Shown: in pieces, positions 1 through 11,514 of the stretch
Layout of the letters: each line of letters begins with the position of its first letter
How positions within the stretch are numbered: position 1 is the stretch's first letter
Assembly (NCBI GenBank): GCA_013239625.1
Contig: MU054187.1
Coordinates: forward strand, 20,552,897-20,583,522
Direction of reading: 5' to 3'
DNA: 30,626 bases
Origin: Lama guanicoe
Lineage: Eukaryota
Program-made: the position numbers and the translations under genes
The notes under the pieces: model-generated
Told to the model about the DNA's origin: nothing
What the model saw: the letters and a program-made list of their open reading frames with translations, nothing else
Database searches by the model: none

Positions 1-30
1 TAATTCAAATTTAAAGCCATTCCTGAAGAC

Positions 31-240
31 TAATGGGCTCCAAACTTTTAATCATTTATTACCAGTAAGACATGTTTCCCAAATATATACACCTGTATTA
101 ACCTACTAGTAAGTCATTTCCATTACAAAACACAACAGCTAAAAACAATGAGATTAAAATGTAAACAGAAGTTGTAATATAAAGAAATTAAAACAAGTTC
201 TCATTTATGCCCCATAACCTAGAGAATCATCCTCCTCATC
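31..240. mobile_element. Degraded hAT-Charlie-like DNA transposon fragment (subfamily uncertain)
   Basis: Begins 'atgggctccaaacttttta' like a Charlie terminus (cagtggtccccaaacttttt). Internal 'atgagattaaaatgtaaacagaagttgtaatat' resembles a recalled Charlie-type consensus. Highly diverged. Confidence 0.4.
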
Positions 241-248
241 CTCTAAAG

Positions 249-426
249 CAGAGGCCTTTAAAGTGTGGTCCAGCGTCAGCAACACCCGGGAACTTGTTAG
301 AAACGCAAGTTATCAGATCCCATTGAGACCTATTAAATAAGACTCTCAGGAAGTGCTGCCCAGCATTCTGTGTTTTTAATAAACCATCCATATGACTTTT
401 TGGCTAGTAAAGGCTGAGAACAACTG
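249..426 (+). mobile_element. MER5A (hAT-Charlie non-autonomous DNA transposon)
   Basis: Collinear match to the MER5A consensus: aaagtgtggtcc...cagcaacacccgggaacttgttagaaacgca...gcccagcattctgtgttttt...tgagaacaactg, with CAG...CTG termini. Confidence 0.9.
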
Positions 427-499
427 ATAGGTACTCCTGTATGTTCGCATTCTAAGTATTGTTTTTGTTCTCTGAATTAGTAATGAAATATGTATAACA

Positions 500-1112
500 A
501 ATCCAGCTACCTCCAACAGCATGAAAACCCTATTCCAGGTCACCTTAATCTGTCTCCTGAACTAAGGCTATGACATATAAACAGGTCTCTCCATCCCAAA
601 CCCATAGTCCATTTTCACACAGCTGCTGGAGTGATTTTGCCAAAACAGAAATTAGATCACATCTTTTTTCCAATAGATTCCTATCACACAAAATAAATTT
701 CTATAAAGTTGTGTTACCTGGTAGCTATTAACTTCCCAGTCTCATCTCTTAACCACTTTATCCCGTTCATTTTTAAATGTTCTTCTGCAAGAGAGCTTCA
801 TGGGTTTACGCTTTATTTGATTAAGCACTTTGTTCAAATGTCCCCTGTCTTCCATGATTACCCTCTAAAGTAACAGATACTCCACTCCCCTTGAAGAGCT
901 CTATGCATTTTCCTTTTAAATTTTTGTATTGTAGTTATTACCACCTGGAATTACATGTCCCTGTGTTTGTTTGTTCTTCTGTCTGTCTCCTCTACTAGAA
1001 TGTTAATTCCATGAGAGCAAAGGCATTTTTTTTACCATTGTTATCTCTAGCAACTCTACGTCGCTACAGGGCAGATGATAGACTCTCAATAAATATGTGT
1101 TGAACAGATAAA
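500..1112 (+). mobile_element. LINE-2 (L2a-like) 3' fragment
   Basis: L2 motifs 'ttttcacacagctgctggagtgatttt', 'tctgtctcctctactagaatgttaattccatgagagca' and the terminal 'ctcaataaatatgtgttgaa'. Confidence 0.8.
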
Positions 1113-1194
1113 TATAAAAATAGAAAATAAACCACTGCCTAAGTCTCGGATTGCTTGCAATTGATCCAGTTTCTACACATGTTTCATATATAGT

Positions 1195-1440
1195 AACTAG
1201 CTTTGTAGATTGCTTGCTATTTGCTAGGCATGATTCTAATATTTTGTGTACATTAATTTAATCCTCACAACTCTATAATTGAGGCAATATTCATATTATT
1301 ATTTTATAGATGAGGAAAGAAGCATGGATTGACTGAATAACCTGTCCATGGTCACACAGTCCTGATGTGCTCCATCACGTGCTGCAACTGGAATTCAAAC
1401 CCAGACAGGCCATATTCGCAGTCACTATATAGCACTGTCT
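1195..1440 (-). mobile_element. MIR SINE
   Basis: Reverse complement of the MIR core: 'atttaatcctcacaac...attttatagatgaggaa...ccatggtcacacag...ggaattcaaacccagac'. Confidence 0.85.
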
Positions 1441-1639
1441 CACTTTAAAATGAGAACACGATTTAATAAGACTACTTGGAAATTTATTCAGGAACCAGAA
1501 AAAAGCTTTAAAGTAGCCAGAGTTAAAGCCAGTCTGTGGATTTTGCAGCATTTAATGAGCCAGAAAAGCCTCTAGATTATCCCAAGAGCTGCCTTTTATA
1601 CTCTGTGTATGAGACAAAAGTGATGATTATCATCAGAAG

Positions 1640-1715
1640 AAGACATCTTGAGCACACCTAGCACCCAGGTCTTGGTTTCTAATACCATTCTCCAATGAAG
1701 TAGCCAGGAATTCTT
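1640..1715 (+). mobile_element. Old L1 (L1MC/L1MD-like) 3'UTR fragment
   Basis: 'cacctagcacccaggtcttggtttctaataccattctccaat' matches a recalled motif of old mammalian L1 3'UTRs. Confidence 0.55.
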
Positions 1716-1842
1716 CTACACATACTACTCAGTTTATTACTCAGTCAAATTCAGAAAAAAAAAAAACCTATTGTTCTTCCAATGCCAACAAGATTAGTCA
1801 ATAGAAGTTAACTATTAGCTAATGGTTTGTTAGAACGAGTCT

Positions 1843-1844
<2 letters not shown>

Positions 1845-1878
<34 letters not shown>
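1845..1878. repeat. (GT)17 microsatellite
   Basis: Perfect dinucleotide run of 34 nt. Confidence 0.97.
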
Positions 1879-1881
<3 letters not shown>

Positions 1882-1896
1882 ATTGTTTTCTAAATG

Positions 1897-1975
1897 TTTT
1901 ATTTTATTTTTTATTGAAGTGTAGTTGATTTGCAATGTTAGCAAAGGGATTGCATTATATATATATATTTTTTTT
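1897..1975 (-). mobile_element. Very short L1 3'-end fragment with T-rich (poly-A) tail
   Basis: 'ttttttattgaagtgtagttgatttgcaatgtt' is nearly identical to the L1 3' terminus at 4217-4250 ('ttttattggagtatagttgatttacaatgtt'). Confidence 0.75.
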
Positions 1976-4216
1976 AATGTGCATTTTCATCCTCAAGTTT
2001 TTTACCTCCAATCTCTTGCTTAATTTTCTGTCCTTTGGCTGCCTTTCATTATCACATTTCTAACATTTTCACTCAGCTAGGCAATGCCTTTGCAATGATT
2101 TTATTACACTTGTTATAAAAATCCTTGTGGAGTGTAGGTCAAAAAACAAATAGTGAAACATGCAATACTAATTTCTGTAGATAATGTGAGTGTAACCTTT
2201 AAAAATAAGTGGAGTCTAGAGTTTCAATTTGGCATCACTCTGCTTGAATGATATTTGCTCCTAGAGGCCTAAACCAATTTTTCCTTTTTTCCTCCCACTT
2301 ACTCAGTACACAGATCTTGGTAAACAGTGAAACTTTGTGAAGGAAGGTGGGGAGGAGGGGATGAATGAAAGAAAAATGAATAAAGTTATGTCACTTCATC
2401 TCTCATATTAATGGTCTTTATGTAACAAACACAATAGCTATTCAATGGTTAATTTTATATTTAAATTCATTTATTAAGGTCAATTAATGCTTGCAAATAT
2501 AACCTATAAAGTCTTGGTCTTATATTTGGAAAAAAGACACATTAAATTGAATAATCACAGTAGGCAAGGTAAGATCTTTGGGAAAAAGAGCCCAAAGAAG
2601 TATTCAGTGATTCAAGGACAGAGGAATGTTAGTGGAAATGCTGATAGTGAAAACTGTACTGATACTGACATCAGGTCACTTTAATCATCTTGCTTTCCAG
2701 CCAATACTTGGAAATGTAATAACTGTAGATGTTACTGAGGAAAATTATCCCTAGTGTAGCATCAACTTGAGTTAATTTTAATAGTCTATATAAACATCTA
2801 AAATCCCATAAGTATTTTCTTCAAACAGTTTTGTGTTTGGAGAAATAGGGGTGAAAATATATGGTGTAGTAGTGTTTTTAACTTTTTTGAAAGGCTATCA
2901 TGATGTGATAAAGCGTGTTTTCCTAATTTAGAAGAAAATTACACAACTGCATCTGCAGTCTCATAATAATCATGGGATAACTGGTCCTTCAGCTGAGTCA
3001 TTTACAAATGGCAGACAGAAATATATTACGTTTAAAAATTAGTTGCAGTGAATAAGCAAGCAGGGTACAAGGCTTTTACTGAATAGATTTTAACAAGATT
3101 TTTGAAACTGCAAAATGAAGATGTGATAATCTAATGTGTTTCAGGAAATGGTATTAAATACCATTTAGGGTTTCAGATGTCCTAAATTATAGACCAATTA
3201 CTTTTCACATTGATTTTTATCTTTTAATTTCTTGCTCTTCTCTGTGAATGTTCTTTAACATTTCATAAATGAAAGAAAAAAAAAACTCTTATCCTAGCAA
3301 ATACTGTGGTCTCTGTTGGAATCAAAGAAAGAAATTCCATTGCATGTTGTATATATAAACAAATATAATCCATTACTTTACAAAATAGAACTGAAAAAAT
3401 AAAGGCCAGATGTCTCAAAGAAAAAGTAATATCCTACAAATAAGTGTGATTTTCATTCTGACATAATTTGTCATTTTGAGTAACACTAGAATGAAAAGAA
3501 ATTATATTTTAAGGTCAATCTTTGAAAATGCTAACCATAATTAAATTTCAAAGCATATTCTCTTTTTGGAAAGTGTATAGCACATTTAATTAGATTTAAA
3601 CCACCTTTTCTTTTCTTAATCATAACTACTTAAATGCAACAGAAATTATAAAAAAATTAGATACCACTTTCAACACCTTAATAAAAATTAATGCATTTAT
3701 TTAGTCAGTATGGTAAAATATTTTTACGTTTTTCTTTAGGCTTCATTTCTATTTTCAGATTTTTTTATTATTTCGGATAGAATAATAAAATAATACCATC
3801 CATATTTATAAGCATCTAAAATGTCTCAGTCACTCTGAATGTTTCTTAACATCTGGTAAAGCCTGTCTGGTTGACACTCCTTGACTTGAATTACACTAAA
3901 GATCTTTTGCAATTGTCATACAAGATAATTTTTTTCTCCCTAATATAAATACACCCATCCTGACTAAACTAATAACCAGACTAGAGAACATTTTCCTATG
4001 TTTAATTTTCCAAACTGGAACAGAAAGCTAAATGACAAATCAAAAGCAAAACATAACAAGAAAGCACCCACAAAATTTTCTGTCACTTAATATACTATAT
4101 AACTAGAAATTTAAAAAGGAATTAAGATAGAGCCATGTTAGAGATGTTGCTTGCAAAGCCAAATATAAAATTATCTTCAGGAATTTCTCTAGTCTTGCCT
4201 TTTGCCACTAATTTTT

Positions 4217-4918
4217 CTTTTATTGGAGTATAGTTGATTTACAATGTTGTGTTAGTTTCAGGTTTATAGCATCATGATTCAATCATACATATATATTCTC
4301 TTTTGCATTCTTTTTCACTATAGGTTATTATAAGTTATTAAATATAGTTCCCTGTGGTGTACAGTAGAACCTTGTTTATCTATCCTGTATATAGTAGTTT
4401 GCATCAATGAATCCGCTTTGGTAAAGATGAGTTTGAATGATACATGCTGGCAAGGGTGTGGAGAAAAGGGAATGCTCTCTCACTATTGATGGGAATATAA
4501 TTTAGTGAAGTCACTATGGAAAACAGCATGGAGATTCCTTAAAAAAAAACACTAAAAATAAACTTACCATATGATCCAGCAATCCCACTTCTGGGCATAT
4601 ATCTGGAGAAAACTCTAATTCAAAAAGATACATTCACCCCAACGTTCATAGCAGCACTGTTTACAATAGCCAAGACATGGAAGCAACCTAAATGTCCCTT
4701 AAGAGATTACTGCATAAAGAAGATGTACTATATTTATATAATTGAATACTATTCAGCCATAAAAAATAATGAAATAATTCCTTTTGCAGCAACGTGGGTG
4801 GACCTGGAGATTATCATACTAAGTGAAGTAAGTCAGAGAAAGACAAATATCATACTATAACACTTATATGTAGAATCCAAAAAATTACACAAATTTATTT
4901 ACAAAACAGAGACTCATA
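4217..4918 (-). mobile_element. 5'-truncated, 5'-inverted L1 insertion (cetartiodactyl-type): 3'UTR end on the minus strand 4217-~4414; ORF2 end/3'UTR inverted on the plus strand ~4415-4918
   Basis: Both segments are homologous to the L1 at 17561-19470. The insertion is flanked by an identical 13-bp TSD GCCACTAATTTTT (4204-4216 and 4919-4931). Confidence 0.92.
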
Positions 4919-4970
4919 GCCACTAATTTTTAAATTAAATAAATAGAGGTTACCTGAAGAATGTCCAATG

Positions 4971-5013
4971 GATCTGGGGCACTAATCACTTTAAAGTAAT
5001 CAGTGCCCAAATC
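4971..5013. repeat. Near-perfect 43-nt palindrome / inverted repeat
   Basis: GATCTGGGGCACTAATCACTTT|AAAGTAATCAGTGCCCAAATC: 3 mismatches and one bulged G. Confidence 0.85.
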
Positions 5014-5314
5014 GTTCCCTTGTGTGTGTAACTCCTATAATTGACCCGCCTGAGATAGTGCCTTTGAAGCATTCTTTAAATTCTTCTTTTCCATCTCTCA
5101 TTTCCTTCCTCTTGCTTTAAAAAAAGAAAGGCATGACCTTCACCAAACCTGAATCTTGGTGTCATGCCTTGCTTCGTAATGTAATACCTTTTTGGGCACC
5201 AAAGAGACAATTTTAAGTGATTGTTCTGGGGGACCCTCCTTAATGACTGCCCGAAGACCCCAGAGTACACTACAGTTAACACTGCAGACTCTGCAACATG
5301 ATGGCCTGGCTGCA

Positions 5315-5485
5315 AATCTCTGCCCTGGTACTTTCTCATGCCTTAATTTGACCATCTTATATGGAGATATTAAGAGTATTTATGTCAGAAGGCTGATATA
5401 AAAATTAATAATTTGAGTAATGTTAACAGTGCTTAAAACAATGCCCAGCCTATCTAGATAAATGTTTATTAAAATAATAAAGTCA
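5315..5485 (+). mobile_element. MIR SINE 3' half (degraded)
   Basis: 'tgccttaatttgaccatcttatatggagatattaagagta...agtgcttaaaacaatgcccagc...taaatgtttatt' follows the MIR core and tail. Confidence 0.65.
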
Positions 5486-5918
5486 TCATGAGCTCTCCAA
5501 AAGCCTTTGGCTCCTGTATCCTGTCTACATTTCTAAGTAGAAGGAAGCATCAGCATTAAAAACAGTAAGTTTAGATGATTTATTTAATCATTTCAGCTCC
5601 TCCATTCTCTGACTATTAACAAGAAATATAAGATCTTGAGAGAAAGCCCTAGGGAAGCAAAGACAGCATTAAATGCTTCAGTTAGAAAAAAACTTTGGAC
5701 ATCAGATCTGCTCCCTGCTCCCCTACACACACCAATTTAACTATAAACATTATTTTTTGAATCTCAGACCTCATTTCTAGGTTACATCTTTTTCTCGAAA
5801 GGAAGTCCATCTTTAACAGCCAAACAGAACAGGCAAATGAAGCTGATGTCTTAAATTAAAACTTGAATATTTTCTAGGACTGCCAAACATCTAAAAATTC
5901 ACTGAATACAAAAATGGA

Positions 5919-6160
5919 TAAAATTTCCCATTATTTCTTTCAGACTCAATTTGTAGGAGAAAATATAGATATAGACATAGATATATATGAGTTAATGAGT
6001 TACAATGAGTCATATATGAAATATATATGAGTTAAATATAGATATAGACATAGATATATATGAGACATAGATACATAATGAGTTAAAATTTCTGATTATT
6101 TCTTTCAGATTCAGTTTGTAGAAAAATATACAGATATAGACATAGATATATATATATATT
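5919..6160. repeat. Local direct duplication (165-bp period) with AT-rich slippage modules
   Basis: 'taaaattt..attatttctttcaga.tca.tttgtag...gatatagacatagatatatat' occurs at 5919 and 6084. 'gatatagacatagatatatat' occurs a third time at ~6041. Confidence 0.85.
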
Positions 6161-8067
6161 TTATCAAATCCTTTTGAGAGATAGTTATTCAGATTTGTAT
6201 CAATCCATATCAAATTTCATTCTTTAAAATCTTTTGATGTTTTACCTCCTATTGACAACAAACATATGACATTATATACTCATACACAGTGATTCGTTTT
6301 ATAGTATATAATTTATTTAAGTACATGGAAATCATTCAGTTAATGCCTAAGTTTTTAGAACTATATCTTTTATTAACAGTTCTTATATAAAATTATATAA
6401 ATTGATTAAGTTTGATACTTGCATTCAAATGTGATTAAAAAAAAAAAATCCCCCTTTGCCACAATTCTCAACTGGCATATGACATAATTTTAGTTATATA
6501 ATACACTGATGTTTTAAATGAAGTCATAATAATCAGCATATTAACTTATCATAATAAATAAATAAATTATCATATGGCTTAGTTATCAAGGACAATTCTG
6601 TTTTATACCAGTTTTTCATATCACTTTATATCAATATTTCATCTATTAGAAGTATCATCTTTCCTTCTTGAAATTTATTTGATTTAGATGATAAATTATA
6701 TGGCCTCACTTTTAATCATATCCATCTTAATTTGAGTGCTTTTAATAATATGTCACAAAAGAAACCTTCTTTAATTTGTTTTCAATGCATTTTATAAAAT
6801 TTTTTAAAATAAACATTAACATAGCTAATTAAATTGAAAAATAGTATTGGAGTTTTCCTAACTGAATAATACTGATTTGGCAGCAAGGATTGACTTTGCA
6901 GATTTATTTATATGATGGTTATTTTTCATAAGCGAACTGGCCTAAATATGCCTTTCTAAATAGATGATTAAATATTTTAATAAAAAGCATTTATGTAAAA
7001 ACTTGTACCAACAAGTGTATGTTGACATTAATAATATTTCCATGTTGCCAACTTGTTTTGAATTTATTGGGTTAAACAGGGTGATACTTAGTGAAATAAT
7101 AACAGGTAGATAATTATAGTCATTAGAAAAGGTGCAGTGGATTCTGTGATATGCTTTCCAGAAACTGAGACAGTAAATGACTCCATTAATAAACCCTTTG
7201 GCAGTTCTCCAGTCTAGCGCTCATGTAAAATTGGCTTAAGTGACGTTAGATGAGGATGCTATACAACAGTATTCTCTTCTCCTCAGTGTCTCTCTTTCTG
7301 TGACTCTTCTGACCATCAGAGTAGTAATAAGACCAGGGACCAGTGAGTAATAGGACTGATAGGACCAAGATTACTGGTATGGTAGTAGGAGAAAAAAAGT
7401 AAACATTCAGGTTTGATTTTTGTCCCATTTAGACAAAGAAGTATATGAGGTTCCAATGCAGTATATCCCAGTTAACCAGGGTGAATTTGGAAATACGTCC
7501 TAGAATTCATTTTTATCAATTTGAGTTATTATAGATGGTAGAAAGGTTAGGCTCAGTGTGAGAAAACTAACAGGTGAAGTGTTGTTCATCCACCAGTTCT
7601 GCCAAAGGGCCAGGTCCAGGTCTTGTTCTAACTGACAAGAACCTAAAGTGGAAGGAAAATAGTGTCTTCTAAATTAAAGAGGTTGATAACTTTAAAGTCA
7701 ACTTCAAATTGGTCACTAGCAAAAATATTGAAATTAGTGAAGATAAAAAAATATGAGGCATAGATAAAATTGCCCAAATACAAACATACATAAAAACAAA
7801 ACCCAAACATCTTTTTGGAACTAAAGGATAAAACTGAATTAAATTTCAATTTTCAAAATGGAGGAACAGTAATTTATAAATGCCATTAATGATAAAATAT
7901 CATTACAGCACAATATTTCATACAATATATTTTCATATAGAACAAATTTAAACTTAATAAAATGCTTTGGTTGTAATATCTGTCAAGTCTCCTCATTAAT
8001 AAGAAGTTAATTAAATCTTTTACAGGCGTTCATTTTTTATCTGTATGGGAATCATAATTTATTCTTA

Positions 8068-8205
8068 AATGTCAGGTGATGGATGTTAACTAAGCTTATT
8101 GTGGTAATCATTTCTCCATATATATATATATCAAATCATTATGTTGTACATCTTAAACTTATACAATGTTGTATATGTCAATTATATCTCAACAAAACTG
8201 GAAAA
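8068..8205 (+). mobile_element. L1MA/L1MB-type 3' end fragment
   Basis: 'ggtgatggatgttaactaagcttattgtggtaatcattt...caaatcattatgttgtacatcttaaacttatacaatgttg...gtcaattatatctcaacaaaactggaaaa' is the typical L1MA9/L1MB terminus. Confidence 0.85.
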
Positions 8206-9607
8206 TATATTTTTATTTGTTTTGGACGCCTTCTACCAAGATACTGAAAGCATTCATCCAAGAAAGGTGGGTAAAATTAATGCACTTCATATGAGCAGTT
8301 GAAGACTAGGCATGTCATTTTCTGACTTCCAGTGGTGAATCAAAGTGGTAATAGAATCTGTTTTTTCTAATTTTAATTTTCCCTTTCTATAATATATTTT
8401 GTTTTTGTTTTTGTGCTTGTTGTTTTGTCTTTTTGTTTTTAATTTCCTTCGATAAGTTATCCTCCATTGATGGCAACAATGATTAGAATCTGATTTTATA
8501 CTCTGAGTATTTGTTAAATGTGTTCATAATTTAGAGAGAGCTATTCTTTGTTTAATGAAGGGCAATGGAATATCTGCTCTTTTAGTCTTTTTTGTTTGTT
8601 TATCCTTTAAGCTTAAATTAAATAAGAATCCTATGCCCAGGGGGATGAAAATGTACTTTTTAATATATGCATCAATGACTTTCTTGTGTTTCTATATTCA
8701 TATTTGACCCATGATAGAAATCATGGAACTGAAGCTCTAATATCATTCTGTGTTTGTCTGTCTCTGTGTCTGTAATTCAGAAGGGCATTTATTTTTCATT
8801 GAGTGAATGTGTAATGTCTTGGTTCTTCCAGAAGGTAATTAATCCCTTAGATGACAAAGGTTCTTAAATTATAGACTGTTTGAATTTACTTAAGGAAATA
8901 AATAATTGCTTATACAAATTAAATCATCTTAAAATTCTCAGAAATATAATTAACCTCTCTAAAATAGAAAAGTGCTTTAAATGTACTGCAATTTATATAA
9001 AAACAAATTTAGAAATATAAATCTAGTTATATATAAGTTAGTTTAAACTTTGTCAAACAAGGCTAATTTAATAATTGTAATTTAATAAAAATAGCTATGC
9101 CTAGTCTGATTTATCATTGTTAGGTATAACACAAATCCATTTGTTTTTCTTAAACATATACAAGTTTAGTGGTTCAATAAATTAACATGCATATTATTTT
9201 TTAATGCTATGAAAAAATTTTATTTTAACTAAATTGAATATCCTGACAGATTTTTTCAATTTCAAGAATAATTATATTCCGTATGTCCACTTGAAGACAA
9301 TTTCTAAGATCTTTCAATTACTTAAAATCTTGGACTGATATTGAGTTAATTAACAGATAATTGTCAGATACTGAGATCGTTTTTAAGTAAAATAGATGGA
9401 ATATTGATTAGCAAGCAGCATTCCAAGTTCTGTGATTTTGCTTCTTAATTTTACAAACTGAGAAGAACCTACATCATTGGACCATGTTAATGAAGATGGT
9501 CATTTTTGCCATTTTGAGATGTTTTAGGAGCAGAGAGTTGAGTTATAAGCTTTGCAAGTTGGCTAACATGCTGATGTGTGACAGACTGTTCTCAGTTCCT
9601 GCTCCCT

Positions 9608-9699
9608 CCTCCCAGTTTGCCTGAGACCAAGAGATTTCCTTGAGATGTGAGACTTCTAGTGCTAATACCTGGACAAACCAGAAAAAGTTGGTCACCCTA
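9608..9699 (+). mobile_element. MER81 (hAT-Blackjack) fragment
   Basis: 'tcccagtttgcctgagac...gacttctagtgctaa...ggacaaaccag...agttggtcacccta' is a CpG-decayed MER81 with an intact right terminus GGTCACCCTA. Confidence 0.8.
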
Positions 9700-9823
9700 C
9701 TGGTAGGCAATCACATTAGCTAAAAGGTATGCTCAATATAAGTGGCTGAATCTATATTTAGTAGCAATAGTGATACACAAATAGAAATACTTATGTTTGC
9801 TTTCTGCTTTTAAAGGAAAGGAG

Positions 9824-9847
9824 GTGTGTGAGTGTGTGTGTGTGTGT
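9824..9847. repeat. Interrupted (GT)n microsatellite
   Basis: gtgtgtgagtgtgtgtgtgtgtgt. Confidence 0.85.
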
Positions 9848-9849
9848 AT

Positions 9850-9970
9850 TTTGTCTTCAGACTCCTGTACATTGTTAAAGTTTTTTGAAAACCTCTACAG
9901 ATTTTTGTCCTTGTAGGAAAAACAATCACATTTTACCATATTGAAATTGAAACTGAGAATTAAAAAAAAA
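9850..9970. mobile_element. hAT-Charlie-like DNA transposon fragment (subfamily uncertain)
   Basis: 'cagactcctgtacattgttaaag...tttaccatattgaaattgaaactgagaatt' resembles the recalled Charlie-type 'ggacccctttacactcttaaaa...tttaccgtattagaaattaaaactgagaaatt'. Confidence 0.5.
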
Positions 9971-11441
9971 TGATTGTAAAATCTTTAACACATGATAAAA
10001 ATGTGTGAAGTGATTTTATGTTTTCAGGTACAAATTAGAAATTAAAATTGATAAACATTTAAAGGACTCAGACTTCAAGTCCCACGTTCTTCTTAGCATG
10101 GCAGAGATGCCTCAAATTTCAATGAGTCTAATATCAAACATGGCATCTTCTTTGTGATGACTTTAAATCAGGTCTGATACCTTGCCAAGCTTTACAGTTT
10201 TTAAGTCATACTATTCTACAGTATGCATCGCCATATGACTACTGCTGTACACTTATTTCCTAGGTTCATTAGTGGTCAACAGAGCTCTCAAGTGATGGAC
10301 TTTGAGCCTCTGTAGGCAAGGCTATATTGATAATAGTAAAACCCAGACACAGAGATTTATTCATTTAGGTTCAGCCCCATGTCAAATTCTAAGACATTCT
10401 TTATCAAGTTCCAAGAAGGAATCTAAGTGAGTCTACTCCACTAGCAAGAGCATGAAGTTTGACAGCCCACGGCACACGGAAGGGAATTAAGTTATTGAGG
10501 ACTAGGACACATGTGGGAGGGACATGAGGAATTAACTGAAGGGTAGATCATAAAATCCATGTAAAATTTTTCTTGTCTTCCAGAATCAAACTATATCGTC
10601 TTCATTTTAATGGTTAAGATTCACCTTTCATTTATTTTAAAATGCCAGAAACCTCTAGCTAAAGTAATAGAATATATTCACAATACAAAGCTAGTTCTCA
10701 AATCACTTAGTGGGCATATCAGTTTTGCAAGATTTTTCTTTTCTTATTTTACTGATTTAAAAAAAAAAGTCTAGTTTAAAAAACTAGCGAACTTTTCTGT
10801 TTATAATAAAATACCCTTTTACTTCCCCAAAACATAAATGCTAAATAAGCTTATTTACTTTCTAGACCTTGTGAATATTACTATATCTCTAAATATAGTT
10901 TGTTCTTAAAGTGCTTTTCAAATCTAAATTTAATCTGAAAGTGATGAGTAAGAGTTCACAGGATGTTCTGAATAACTCTGTACCTCAGCTGGACCTAATA
11001 CCATTTTACTGTTCTGCATTGTTTTCAATGCATATTTTAAGTGACTCATTTCTTGAACTTTGGCAGGATGATTTCTAAAAGAGTTCAATCAAATTATGCA
11101 CCATTTAAGTTCTTAGTGTTCCAATTACCTTTTCCTCTGCAGTTTTAAATTTCGTAACATTTAGAGGAAAAAAATGTTAGATGGAATTGATCTGCATCAT
11201 TTTACACAGAAAAGTTGGATTTTACATCTTTATATTGCTGGTATAGTTTGTTTAATTCTATTTTTGCCCAGGGAAGCACTTTCTGTCATCAGAAAATAAC
11301 CATCGTCCAAGAAAGCATCTATTAGTTTGCAGATTGTCAAGGCGTCCTGATCACTGGAGTGTGAAGGTGGATGGGAGGAGGCAGCATGATTGCTGGTTAC
11401 AGTTGTGTCCAACACGGTTTTAATATTGAGCATCGCAGCTG

Positions 11442-11514
11442 AAATACAAGTCAGTTAACGTACTGCATTAAACTCTCTCAAATACAAGTTAGTTAACTTA
11501 CGGAATTTAACTCT
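11442..11514. repeat. Two-copy tandem duplication (35-nt units, 38-nt period)
   Basis: aaatacaagtcagttaacgtactgcattaaactct (11442-11476) vs aaatacaagttagttaacttacggaatttaactct (11480-11514), 30/35 identical. Confidence 0.9.

Noticed and set aside
10154..10177. C-box (GTGATGA) and D-box (CTGA) pair; a similar pair lies at ~10941
   Set aside because: The spacing of about 24-31 nt is far too short for a C/D snoRNA, and there is no terminal stem.
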